Program-made: the position numbers and the translations under genes | Part shown: positions 20,792 to 29,608 of the stretch, piece after piece | How positions within the stretch are numbered: position 1 is the stretch's first letter | Layout of the letters: every line of letters begins with the position of its first letter | Notes under the pieces: model-generated | What the model saw: only the letters and a program-made list of their open reading frames with translations | The model's database searches: none | Told to the model about the DNA's origin: nothing | DNA from: Micavibrio sp. | GTDB lineage: Bacteria > Patescibacteriota > Minisyncoccia > Moranbacterales > GCA-2747515 | NCBI GenBank assembly: GCA_020718085.1 | Contig: DYDB01000001.1 | Location: 329,575 to 388,770, forward strand | Direction of reading: 5' to 3' | DNA: 59,196 nucleotides

Positions 20792-20862
20792 TCGGGGTAC
20801 GCGGAATCGAACCGCGGCTACAAGACCCCCAGCCTTGCGTACTGCCTCTATACGATACCCCG
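20792..20862 (-). tRNA. tRNA-Pro(GGG)
   Basis: CGGGGTA/TACCCCG acceptor stem; CAAGG-CT GGG GG-TCTTG anticodon arm; GGTTCGATTCC T-arm; CCA not encoded. Confidence 0.95.
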
Positions 20863-20889
20863 AAAATATATGATAAATTGCAAAACCCG

Positions 20890-20960
20890 TCGGGGCGCCG
20901 AGAATCGAACTCGGTCTACATGAACCCGAATCATGCGTACTACCGGTATACTACGCCCCG
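20890..20960 (-). tRNA. tRNA-Pro(CGG)
   Basis: CGGGGCG/CGCCCCG acceptor stem; CATGA-TT CGG GT-TCATG anticodon arm; AGTTCGATTCT T-arm; CCA not encoded. Confidence 0.95.
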
Positions 20961-21024
20961 CATTCAAACATTCTCAATTCTAGCAAAAAACAGTTGGATT
21001 GCAAATCTCACATCTCACAAATAA

Positions 21025-22005
21025 TTACATTTGCCACATTTTTTTGGCCTTATTTTTTTTCCAATATCCGGTTGCCGGAGCATGTATCACATAGACCTCT
21101 TTGCCAATATATTTCACAACATCTGCATTGTGGATCGGATTGTATGCCTCATCCAGCAACATCAAAATATCCGGTGCACACCACTTCTTTCCATCATGAT
21201 CTGTAAAGAACATATTCTCATTTTTTACTGTCATGACACCATGTGCGTATATGATCGTCCCACATAAAAAGCCTTTTGAACTCTCCAAGAGAACATTTTC
21301 AACTGTAGTTTTACATAAAATTGTTCCATCAATGATATCAAGCATATTTTGCATGTCCTTGTTCCAAAGTGCCGTGCCTATCTGCATCGATAACGTAAGC
21401 GTGTTTTGAATTGCATATTCTGCAAGATCGTGCGCAGAAATGCCATAACCTACAAGAAGTCCGCTGGATCCATTATATGCAAAAAATTCACGAGAGATCT
21501 TTTCTATTTCTTTCGCAGGAAAAACACCCTCTAAAAAAATGCTCTTTCCATTCAATGCCATCAGAAGAACGGGTGTGATGGATAAATTACATACGGTAAA
21601 GACATCCAGTTGAATTTCAGGAGCAGCGCGTCCACCTACAAGATCAGCATCAATAACCGGCACATGTGTATACCGTGAAACCAAAAAGGCCAATCCTTCT
21701 GCACCAATTTCTCCGGGAATGATGCCTTTGATATCGTAACCGGTCATTTTTTTATATTTATCAAAAGCAGTAATTGCAACATCTGCAAAATTTTCTGGAA
21801 TGATAGATGGATCTCCGATGCCATATGCTGACACAACAATATCATCGGTCTTCAGATCTTTTAGAGAGATCGCCTCTACATGATCCTTTCCAGCCAAAAC
21901 ACGGTGAAATATTTTTTTATGTAACGCAAAAGGCAAACCTCCGCCTGTTGCTAAAAATTGACTTCCTTTAAGATATGCTGTGAGATCTTTCTTTGTAATA
22001 TTCAT
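21025..22005 (-). CDS. DUF917 family protein
   Basis: G..FLATGGG, IGDPS, PGEIG, PVIDADLVGGRAAPE, VKNEN, APDIL. Confidence 0.85.
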   Translation of the reverse strand: MNITKKDLTAYLKGSQFLATGGGLPFALHKKIFHRVLAGKDHVEAISLKDLKTDDIVVSAYGIGDPSIIPENFADVAITAFDKYKKMTGYDIKGIIPGEIGAEGLAFLVSRYTHVPVIDADLVGGRAAPEIQLDVFTVCNLSITPVLLMALNGKSIFLEGVFPAKEIEKISREFFAYNGSSGLLVGYGISAHDLAEYAIQNTLTLSMQIGTALWNKDMQNMLDIIDGTILCKTTVENVLLESSKGFLCGTIIYAHGVMTVKNENMFFTDHDGKKWCAPDILMLLDEAYNPIHNADVVKYIGKEVYVIHAPATGYWKKNKAKKMWQM

Positions 22006-22086
22006 TGATTTAAATTATCATTTATGTATTATACTCCCATCTGCACGTTTTATGCAGATGGGAGCATGTTTGGATTATGATTTTCT

Positions 22087-22878
22087 CTAGACTGGAGCGA
22101 CTACTACATACGCATCAGTCTCAAGCTTCTTCTTGTCAAAAATTGCGTATGGATGAGGAATATCAAGTACGCAGTATTTTACAGGTACGCAATATCCGTA
22201 GACCTTTTCTACTTCAAGCGCAATTTTGATCTCCACGAGATCTTCAATTGCATAGATGCTTCCCTTTTGCGCACCAAAGATCTCAGGATGTACGTATGGT
22301 AAACAATATGATTCTTCAGGGTTTTTAGCACCACATTTCATCGGCTCAATGAAATGATAGTTCTTAAAACCGATTTTCATCATCGCCTGAATAAAATATT
22401 GTTTAACTTTTAACACAAACTCATCCAAAATGTCACATGCGCCGGGAATGCTCTTTTGCATCAACGTAGCAAGTTCATTGATGTACTGCTTGTACTCTTC
22501 TGTGGGAATATGGAAAAGCACCATACGAGGATTAGTCTGCACAACCGTATCCACCACAAAATCGATCAGCTTTGTGTGATATGCAGTGAGATTTATCGGG
22601 AAAAAGACCTTTTCCACTTCACCACCTTGCTTGATACGACTTTCCACACGAGCCCGTTCCAAAGGCAAAGCAACAGAACGTATGGCGCCTGACGCAAACT
22701 TTACACACCAATCAGCGCCAAACAAACATACACCGGAAATTGCCGTGTCATGTTCTTGCGAAATAACACCCTTCATACCCTCAAAGAGAACATTTTTGTC
22801 GCTTTTCACAATCGGTAATGCGATCTTTCCTGTTTCTGCAACACCATCTTCAATGCCCCATGAAAAATATTTACTCAT
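22087..22878 (-). CDS. Hypothetical soluble protein (263 aa)
   Basis: SD AAGGAG; start overlaps the stop of the upstream small ORF; no family recognised. Confidence 0.8.
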   Translation of the reverse strand: MSKYFSWGIEDGVAETGKIALPIVKSDKNVLFEGMKGVISQEHDTAISGVCLFGADWCVKFASGAIRSVALPLERARVESRIKQGGEVEKVFFPINLTAYHTKLIDFVVDTVVQTNPRMVLFHIPTEEYKQYINELATLMQKSIPGACDILDEFVLKVKQYFIQAMMKIGFKNYHFIEPMKCGAKNPEESYCLPYVHPEIFGAQKGSIYAIEDLVEIKIALEVEKVYGYCVPVKYCVLDIPHPYAIFDKKKLETDAYVVVAPV

Positions 22879-23065
22879 TGTTGTCTCCTTCTTGTTTTTT
22901 GGATTTTATCTTTTTGCAAATATGACAAAAGAACTCATAACATTCGTAACAAAGGTACATGAAAAAAACTCCGCAAAAGAAAAACATTGAGATCATCAAA
23001 CCTTTTTCCAAAATGATGAGATCGGAATGGATTCCCACACATGTGATCGGTACGGACAGCATCAT
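22871..23065 (-). CDS. Small hypothetical membrane protein (64 aa)
   Basis: SD AGGAGGT; one hydrophobic Cys-rich segment; coupled to the 263-aa gene. Confidence 0.6.
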   Translation of the reverse strand: MMLSVPITCVGIHSDLIILEKGLMISMFFFCGVFFMYLCYECYEFFCHICKKIKSKKQEGDNNE

Positions 23066-23139
23066 ACGTTACCTCCTTTTATAATTTTTGATTCATAATC
23101 CTTTTAAAGAACTCCCTTCTTATATTTTTTGACACGCAC

Positions 23140-23161
23140 AAAAAAACCCTTTCGAGAAGGG
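23140..23161 (-). terminator. Attenuator terminator in a 5' leader
   Basis: CCCTT-ctcga-AAGGG followed by T7, upstream of the 64-aa/263-aa genes. Confidence 0.7.
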
Positions 23162-23199
23162 ATTGAATATACGTATCTTTGTTGTAAGTAATTTATCTA

Positions 23200-23280
23200 T
23201 CAAACAAAAGCATAACCAATCTCTTCCCAAAAGAGCTGGCCATGGCGTCGATTATTTTGTTGTAGATTAAAATTTTGCAT
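23200..23280 (-). CDS. Putative leader peptide MQNFNLQQNNRRHGQLFWEEIGYAFV
   Basis: 26-aa ORF just after a sigma70-type promoter; codons 17-22 carry a sequence complementary to the terminator 5' arm. Confidence 0.65.
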   Translation of the reverse strand: MQNFNLQQNNRRHGQLFWEEIGYAFV

Positions 23281-23299
23281 AAAATTGATTTGTGACTTC

Positions 23300-23327
23300 T
23301 TTATAGCACGCCCTAAAAATTTGTCAA
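23300..23327 (-). promoter_or_regulatory. Sigma70-type promoter of the attenuated leader
   Basis: TTGACA-16-TATAAA with extended TG. Confidence 0.7.
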
Positions 23328-23384
23328 ATTAATAAGGCAGTAGATATCTACCTTTTTTCAATATTTAAAAACTTTGCTCGAGAA

Positions 23385-23413
23385 TTGACAAATATCCTCA
23401 TCAGTCCTATTAT
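23385..23413 (+). promoter_or_regulatory. Sigma70-type promoter of the divergent 132-aa gene
   Basis: TTGACA-17-TATTAT. Confidence 0.65.
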
Positions 23414-23475
23414 GCATCTGTTCTTTTATCTGGATTAGCATTCTCTTAAAAAAATATTTCCAAAGGAGGAATGTC

Positions 23476-23874
23476 ATGAATATAAAACTGAAAAGGAAGC
23501 ATGCGCTCTATTGCGGACATAGAAAGAAACTCCCCATGGAAGAATTCCTGAGGATGTCCAAAGAATATGACGAGCTCTATAATGAGGCTGATCACATCCT
23601 GAAGAAATTCAATCCTTGCCATATTGAAAATGGTCGATGTCTTTCTGGACTTCCCTGTTGCGAAGATTGTGAGTTTCTTTCGAGGAAAAATGGCTGCAAA
23701 GAAAAATCTTTGGCCTGCAAACTGTGGTTATGCGAAGAAGCCAAGGCAATGTTTCCGGAATGCGCTTCCTTGCTAGACAAGCTGAAAAAGGTTGCAAGAA
23801 ATATTCCGCATATTCCACTAGGAGAAAGATCCATCAAAGAAGACATCCTATTCCGTTTTGATGTAGTAGGATAA
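23476..23874 (+). CDS. Cys-rich hypothetical protein (probable metal-binding)
   Basis: SD AAGGAGG; C-x6-C-x5-CC-xx-C-x8-C-x6-C-x4-C pattern. Confidence 0.75.
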   Translation: MNIKLKRKHALYCGHRKKLPMEEFLRMSKEYDELYNEADHILKKFNPCHIENGRCLSGLPCCEDCEFLSRKNGCKEKSLACKLWLCEEAKAMFPECASLLDKLKKVARNIPHIPLGERSIKEDILFRFDVVG

Positions 23875-23924
23875 AGACACCATCTAATAATACATGGTGT
23901 CTTTTTCATCTGATAATATGAGCA

Positions 23925-24350
23925 TTATTTGGCAGTTCTCGGCCCTTGCCCATTTTGTGGACCACCACCCTGTCCATGCTCCGGCATACATGCCAGTGTC
24001 TCTGTATCACCAGGCGTTGATTGGCATGTTCCCGTCATTTTTTTGGTAGAGTCTTCTGAATCAGTCGTTTCCATTGTGCATGTATCATCAACTTCTTTAT
24101 CTGTACATGCAGTAATCGCTTCTTCCGGCATTGCAGGTCGTTCGCCACCATTATCTTTTTTGTTTCCTGCAACTTCTGACTGCTGTGCTACATTCTCCTG
24201 TCCGCTTTTTTCGATATTTTGTACTTGTGCTTTCGATTGCTCTTGCACCTGCTCTTGTTTTTGTTCATTTTTTGCACATCCTGTCAAAAAGATCATCGCA
24301 CATACAACCGTCATCAATGATAGATCAATGATCAATCGTTTTTTTTGCAT
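23925..24350 (-). CDS. Lipoprotein, low-complexity with a 4-Cys domain
   Basis: Lipobox LTGC; PEEAITAC...C...GTC...LACMP. Confidence 0.75.
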   Translation of the reverse strand: MQKKRLIIDLSLMTVVCAMIFLTGCAKNEQKQEQVQEQSKAQVQNIEKSGQENVAQQSEVAGNKKDNGGERPAMPEEAITACTDKEVDDTCTMETTDSEDSTKKMTGTCQSTPGDTETLACMPEHGQGGGPQNGQGPRTAK

Positions 24351-24417
24351 GATATATTTTTACATATTATATTCAGTAAATCCAACACGCGCAGATTGGT
24401 ATACTGTTCACAAAAGA

Positions 24418-24444
24418 TATACGCTCATCTCACAAAAAGTTTGC
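24418..24444 (-). promoter_or_regulatory. ECF sigma promoter (copy 2)
   Basis: GCAAAC-N15-CGTATA, same boxes and spacing as upstream of the sigma gene. Confidence 0.75.
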
Positions 24445-24450
24445 GTATCA

Positions 24451-25284
24451 TTACTCGGTTGGCGGCATTACACTATCTTGCGGTGGAAGTGGCATGATCT
24501 TTTCATTTGTGATCGCATCGCGTCTTTTGGATCTCTCATCATGAAAATCTCCCTCCATATTTTTTTCTTCCTCAAATGAGCGTGGCATGCGTTCTGGTAA
24601 AGGCCTGATAAATTTTGCATAGAAAATATTATCACCGGATAATTCTCCCACCACTTCGATCATTGCGTCTTCACTAATTGTATATGGGAGATCAATTTGT
24701 GTTTGATCGTCAAACATGATCGTCCATTGATCTCCATTTGGATGCTCAATGATCAAACGATCCTCCATCACTTCCGCAACGCGTCCGCCAAGCATGCCGT
24801 GATCAGGCTGTCCCAAACGACCCTCCGCAGGAAAAACCATATTGCGTGGCACACCGCCATTGGCAATGCCCTTGCCAATATGATCATTGACTTTTGACAT
24901 ATGCACAACTGCACCAAAAAGCGTGATCACCAAAACACTGATACTACTGACAAAAAGCATGCTATATCGATACCCGCGACGAGTTTTGCGAAATGTAAAA
25001 AAACCAGAAACCACAGCTGTAAGCGCAAGAAAAAACCATAAATACGGCGCAGTTACAAAAAGTACGCGCATGTATCGCCCAATGCCAAGATGATGAAAAA
25101 ATTCTGGACGCACATCCAAAACATTCAGGATCATGAGTGAAAAACTAATTGCGCCAAGGATCATAATGCATCCCCACACAAACCAAAAGACGTAGCTTTT
25201 CCATCTGATCTGAAAGATCGTCTTTGGTGTGATGTGATCTTTCTTGATCGTCTCCATGATATTTTTTATAGAATCTTTTTGCAT
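24451..25284 (-). CDS. Probable anti-sigma/ECF-associated membrane protein with C-terminal OB-fold-like (DUF5666-like) domain
   Basis: 3 TM helices; directly downstream of the ECF sigma gene. Confidence 0.6.
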   Translation of the reverse strand: MQKDSIKNIMETIKKDHITPKTIFQIRWKSYVFWFVWGCIMILGAISFSLMILNVLDVRPEFFHHLGIGRYMRVLFVTAPYLWFFLALTAVVSGFFTFRKTRRGYRYSMLFVSSISVLVITLFGAVVHMSKVNDHIGKGIANGGVPRNMVFPAEGRLGQPDHGMLGGRVAEVMEDRLIIEHPNGDQWTIMFDDQTQIDLPYTISEDAMIEVVGELSGDNIFYAKFIRPLPERMPRSFEEEKNMEGDFHDERSKRRDAITNEKIMPLPPQDSVMPPTE

Positions 25285-25299
25285 AAAAGTTTGTTAGTT

Positions 25300-25869
25300 T
25301 TAAATAATGTCATATTTATGTGCCTCCTCAAGAAGCATTTTCCGTCCACGATTGATAAGTGATGCCACGGTACCTTTTGGGATCTGCATAATATCCATAA
25401 TTTCGTTATAATCTTTTTCTTCCAAAAAGCGCAATGTGAGAATTTCGCGATACTTAAATGGTAATCCTTCGATTGCTTTTTGCAGATTGGTCATTGACTC
25501 CTTGGCGTGGACTTCTTTTTCCACATCCATGCTGGATCGCAACACGGTCATCATTTCTTCAGTATCCAACTGCATTGCCTGTGGACGCGCTTTCTTCTTG
25601 CGAATCTCATCGATAACCGTATTTCGCGTAATTTGATAGATCCATGTGGAAAAAGCGAATGAATCATCGTAATCATTGAGAAAACGGTACACTTTGATAA
25701 AAACTTCCTGCATCACATCCTCAATATCTTCCTGAGAAAAATATGTGAGACGTCGCGTATAACAAAACAGCCGATGCCAATATCGATCCATGATCAGCCC
25801 GAATGCATCGGGATTTGCCTTGGCTGATTCTACCAACTCTTTGTCAGTGCTCTCATTGCTATTTGTCAT
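25300..25869 (-). CDS. ECF RNA polymerase sigma factor
   Basis: Region 2 EDVMQEVFIKVY..FSTWIYQITRN; region 4 LPFKYREILTL..YNEI..IMQIPKGTVASLINRGR. Confidence 0.95.
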   Translation of the reverse strand: MTNSNESTDKELVESAKANPDAFGLIMDRYWHRLFCYTRRLTYFSQEDIEDVMQEVFIKVYRFLNDYDDSFAFSTWIYQITRNTVIDEIRKKKARPQAMQLDTEEMMTVLRSSMDVEKEVHAKESMTNLQKAIEGLPFKYREILTLRFLEEKDYNEIMDIMQIPKGTVASLINRGRKMLLEEAHKYDII

Positions 25870-25879
25870 ACTGCTATTA

Positions 25880-25906
25880 TATACGCAAAATGGGAAAAAT
25901 GTTTGC
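25880..25906 (-). promoter_or_regulatory. ECF sigma autoregulatory promoter (copy 1)
   Basis: GCAAAC-N15-CGTATA 10 bp before the ATG; matches the general ECF AAC/CGT consensus. Confidence 0.75.
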
Positions 25907-25913
25907 AAATTAA

Positions 25914-25945
25914 AGAGGCTTCGATCAATGTTGATTGAAGCCTCT
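25914..25945 (-). terminator. Terminator of the MutS-like gene
   Basis: AGAGGCTTCGATCAA/TTGATTGAAGCCTCT inverted repeat. Confidence 0.7.
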
Positions 25946-25971
25946 CTTGTTCTACTAAAATACCTTACAGC

Positions 25972-27966
25972 TTATTCTCGCAAAAGTCGGTCGATACCGA
26001 CTGCCTGCATAAGCTTATTAATTCCTCCGCCACCTATTCCAGGTGCGATGTGATGGACAAGATCAAAATTAAAGCATGCTGTACCCAAAGACTCCTTGGC
26101 GAATTTAGCCAATTCTGTGATTTGCGTACTAAATATCACACTGCACCCAGAACTTGAAAGTTTCTTGAGCAAGAGCTTGCCAACTTCATATCCATCCACC
26201 TCCTGCGTACCTGTGCCGATCTCATCGAGAATCAAAAGAGTTTTATGCGGGTGTGCGTCACTTTGCAATGCCTCCAATAATTTTTTTGATTTCTGCAACA
26301 ACAACTCGCAGGTCGATCCCGAGCCACGCTCCAGAAAGACCATGCCAATTTGTTTTTTGATGTTCAAGCTCATGCCCGTACCAAAAATTGGAAAACCCGA
26401 CTGCGCCAAAAAAACTGCATCGATAATCGCTTCTTCAGCGGTTGATTTACCACCGGCATTTTGACCTGTAAATGCAATGATTTGACCATTGATGTTTGGC
26501 AAGCTCATAAGCGGCACGATCTTTTCGGCAGCGACACCATGAGACATGAGTCTGATCGGGACAAGGGACGCAAATGACACGAGATGCTGATCATCTGGTA
26601 AAAATATCGGAAACTCCATCGTAAGATTTGCATTATGAGATGTTTTCGTAAATGCTTGAGACAAGCTTATGACATGTTGTAACATTTTCACATGCGTGAT
26701 AAAAAAATCCCGATACGCTTTGACTGTATTGAATGTTTCTATCACATCAGGTAATTTGTACAACTCCTGAATATGATACCATTTAAACTTCAGATCCACA
26801 GCATCCGCAGATATTTTTTGCCACTCCGCAAACTCGCCATTTTCATGCATAAACTGGGCAATTTGCGCAGCAACCAACCTATGTTGCATGCGAATCATCT
26901 CAATATTGCATTGAACATTTGCTTTTTGTGCTTTTTTGATCTCCCATCTGCTATAGCCCGGAAAATCATCATTCACATAATCATGCCCTCGCCTTCTGCC
27001 TTTTTGCAATTCACTGATCTCCTCTTCTTGTGAGGACACAAGTGGCACACTCACATCCAACAGTTTGATTTGCAAACCGCCTCCATCGTAACGAATTGCA
27101 AATGAGAGCAGTGCATCTTTTGCTCGCGACGCATAAGACCGTTCGCAGATATTACCCATATTGTGGGTTTCACAAAAAATTGACAAGCGTTTCAATACCG
27201 CTTCCTGTACTTCTTTGGGGGCTTCGCCGGACAACAGCTGTGTTGAGTTGTAATACCTACGACTGTATGCATTGATGCGGTCCACCATCCATTGCGCGAC
27301 CGTGCGTCCACCGACAATTTTCATGAAAGTATTTTTGAATATTCGTGGAACTTTCTTCTCGACAAAGCACGCTTCGCCATAGGAAAACTTCCGATATCCA
27401 AAGATGTGAGAATGCGTAACCTTTGATTCTCTGCGATATGAACTGAGATCGACATGTACAGTTATGACACCTTCCATAGACGCTGCCAACTGCACCTGAT
27501 CCTCTACCAGGCGCACAAGCGATTCTTCATGCTCGCGAATTTTTGATTCGCTTTCCAACATAAAATCGACAAACGCTTTGACCTCAGAAGGAACGTGATC
27601 TTTGGCGCACAGAGCCTGTACACGATGGATCAATTCCACGAACAAATTCTCCTTTCGATCCGGCTGATAGTGCCACAGAAAAGATCTGTTATCCATCGGC
27701 AATTTTGCATTCTCCATCGGCAGACAACAGAGCTTTTCCCCCATTGTCGGATTGTCGATAAAAAATCTCATGATCTCTTGACGTTTACGAATCTCGCTCT
27801 CATCAGTGACACCAAAACTGTCCACGAGAGGAGAACGATCAATACCCAATACTTTAAGCAGAGCTGATTTTCTAAAATCTCCTTCGTTGATAAAATTGAT
27901 CTTCTGCAAATTTTTCGTTTGCCAAAAACAAATCCCCGGGAAAGCTACATCACTTTTCGCTTGCAT
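25972..27966 (-). CDS. MutS-family ATPase (domain V) protein with unrecognised N-terminus
   Basis: FTGQNAGGKS Walker A, LAQSGFPI, LILDEIGTGT Walker B, IFSTQ; SD AAGGAG. Confidence 0.8.
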   Translation of the reverse strand: MQAKSDVAFPGICFWQTKNLQKINFINEGDFRKSALLKVLGIDRSPLVDSFGVTDESEIRKRQEIMRFFIDNPTMGEKLCCLPMENAKLPMDNRSFLWHYQPDRKENLFVELIHRVQALCAKDHVPSEVKAFVDFMLESESKIREHEESLVRLVEDQVQLAASMEGVITVHVDLSSYRRESKVTHSHIFGYRKFSYGEACFVEKKVPRIFKNTFMKIVGGRTVAQWMVDRINAYSRRYYNSTQLLSGEAPKEVQEAVLKRLSIFCETHNMGNICERSYASRAKDALLSFAIRYDGGGLQIKLLDVSVPLVSSQEEEISELQKGRRRGHDYVNDDFPGYSRWEIKKAQKANVQCNIEMIRMQHRLVAAQIAQFMHENGEFAEWQKISADAVDLKFKWYHIQELYKLPDVIETFNTVKAYRDFFITHVKMLQHVISLSQAFTKTSHNANLTMEFPIFLPDDQHLVSFASLVPIRLMSHGVAAEKIVPLMSLPNINGQIIAFTGQNAGGKSTAEEAIIDAVFLAQSGFPIFGTGMSLNIKKQIGMVFLERGSGSTCELLLQKSKKLLEALQSDAHPHKTLLILDEIGTGTQEVDGYEVGKLLLKKLSSSGCSVIFSTQITELAKFAKESLGTACFNFDLVHHIAPGIGGGGINKLMQAVGIDRLLRE

Positions 27967-28174
27967 AATTTTCTCCTTGCGGTGAATGAAAAGATAGCTA
28001 TTAATTGATCATTTGACTAAGATTGTTAAAGACCAAAGTTATATGACCACTGGTGATACAACCACTTTTTATATCATAAAATCACCAATAAGTCAATGTT
28101 TCTTTGGTGTAGATATTATCCACACTCAACCGTAAAATGTTTGCAAATAATGCACGTACACTTATAAAAATGAT

Positions 28175-28211
28175 AAACGGCAGGTATTTTTATTAAAAAC
28201 ACCTGCCGTTT
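28175..28211 (-). terminator. Terminator of lysA
   Basis: AAACGGCAGGT/ACCTGCCGTTT inverted repeat. Confidence 0.7.
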
Positions 28212-28232
28212 CTGTATTGTGAGGACTTCCGG

Positions 28233-29510
28233 TCATACTGACAAAATATTTGGTTCAAATTGCAATGTGCGAAAAAGATCTTCCGCTGTCTCTGCCCGAC
28301 GGATGAGTTCCACCGAGCCATCCTCGCGAAGCAACAGCTCCTGCGGTCGCACACGTCCATTGTAATTAAAACCCATGGCATATCCGTGTGCACCGGCATC
28401 ATGAATGAGCAAAATATCTCCCTCACGTATCACTGGTAATTTGCGCTGAATCGCAAATTTGTCGTTGTTCTCACAAAGCGATCCCACGACATCCACTACT
28501 GCACTCCTGCGTCCACGACTACCATGTACCGTAATGTGGTGATATGCGTTATATATCGCCGGTCGCATGAGCGCCGACATGCATGCATCAACTCCGCGGT
28601 ATTCACGATAACCATGCTTCTGATTGATGCACTTTGTCACCAATACCCCGTGTGGACCGGTTACATAGCGTCCGTTTTCCATATACAATTTTGGTATGTA
28701 TCCCGCATATTCGGTAAAACGAATGATCTCCTGTGTAACCTTTTGTCCCAACGTAAACAGGTCAACCGATGCATCACGCGGATGATACGGTATACCAAGT
28801 CCGCCACCCATATTGATGAACTCAAGATCAATGTCCAGATCACGATGTAATGCTTCCGCGATCTTCAGGAGCATCTTCACTGTTGCAACATGATAATGCA
28901 CATTGCGTTCATTGCTCGCCAGCATGGTGTGCAATCCGAAGCGCGTTGCGCCCTTGCGTCGCGCTTTCTCATATGCAACTAAAATTTGCTCGTGTTTCAC
29001 ACCATACTTGGCTTCCAGAGGATTACCAATGATCATGTTACCCGTTCGCCGATCCCCGGGATTGTACCGGAAACAGATGAGATCCGGAAAATTTCCAGGC
29101 ACCTTGTCGATAAGGGTAATATCATCCAGATTGAGGATACATCCACCATATGCCATCGCCTCCACAAACTCTTCATGAGATGTGTTGTTGGATGTGAACA
29201 TGATCTGCTCTGGTCGTGCCCCGATCTGTCTGGCTAATTGCAACTCAGGAATCGAGCTGCAATCAAAACCGAGAAGCTCTTGAGTCGTAGAGAGAATGAT
29301 CTCCATAATTCGTGGATTTGGACATGCCTTAACAGCAAAAAACTCACGAAATCCGGGACAAAAAGGAAATGTGCCAATCAATGACAAACATGCTGAACGA
29401 ATACCCACTTCATCATAAATGTGAAACGGCGTACCAAAGTGTGCAACAATTTCTGAGAGCTGTGGCAAAAAACGTTTTGCAAACTTTTTTGGCATTGGCA
29501 TAGCCTTCAT
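28233..29510 (-). CDS. lysA: Diaminopimelate decarboxylase
   Basis: FFAVKACPN (PLP Lys), AKYG, INMGGGLG, ENGRY, VGSLCENNDKF, GAHGYAMGFNYN. Confidence 0.93.
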   Translation of the reverse strand: MKAMPMPKKFAKRFLPQLSEIVAHFGTPFHIYDEVGIRSACLSLIGTFPFCPGFREFFAVKACPNPRIMEIILSTTQELLGFDCSSIPELQLARQIGARPEQIMFTSNNTSHEEFVEAMAYGGCILNLDDITLIDKVPGNFPDLICFRYNPGDRRTGNMIIGNPLEAKYGVKHEQILVAYEKARRKGATRFGLHTMLASNERNVHYHVATVKMLLKIAEALHRDLDIDLEFINMGGGLGIPYHPRDASVDLFTLGQKVTQEIIRFTEYAGYIPKLYMENGRYVTGPHGVLVTKCINQKHGYREYRGVDACMSALMRPAIYNAYHHITVHGSRGRRSAVVDVVGSLCENNDKFAIQRKLPVIREGDILLIHDAGAHGYAMGFNYNGRVRPQELLLREDGSVELIRRAETAEDLFRTLQFEPNILSV

Positions 29511-29608
29511 CCTCCCTTGTTCTAAATAGTTTTATTTTAAATAACAAAAAAACGCACCATAGCGAATTTGTGCCAATTAAAACACGTTTATTTCTTACTG
29601 TAAAGCAT

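Noticed and set aside
16665..28124. TTATCCACA DnaA-box matches at 16665 and 28116 (also 805) as a replication origin
   Set aside because: Isolated single boxes far apart, with no dnaA/dnaN context.
28116..28148. Third ECF promoter
   Set aside because: The -35 matches but the -10 CGTATA is missing; treated as a direct repeat instead.
29588..29608. Minus-strand mini-ORF MLYSKK upstream of lysA as a lysine attenuator
   Set aside because: No SD, overlaps the likely lysA promoter, no antiterminator seen, and KK codons are common by chance in AT-rich DNA.
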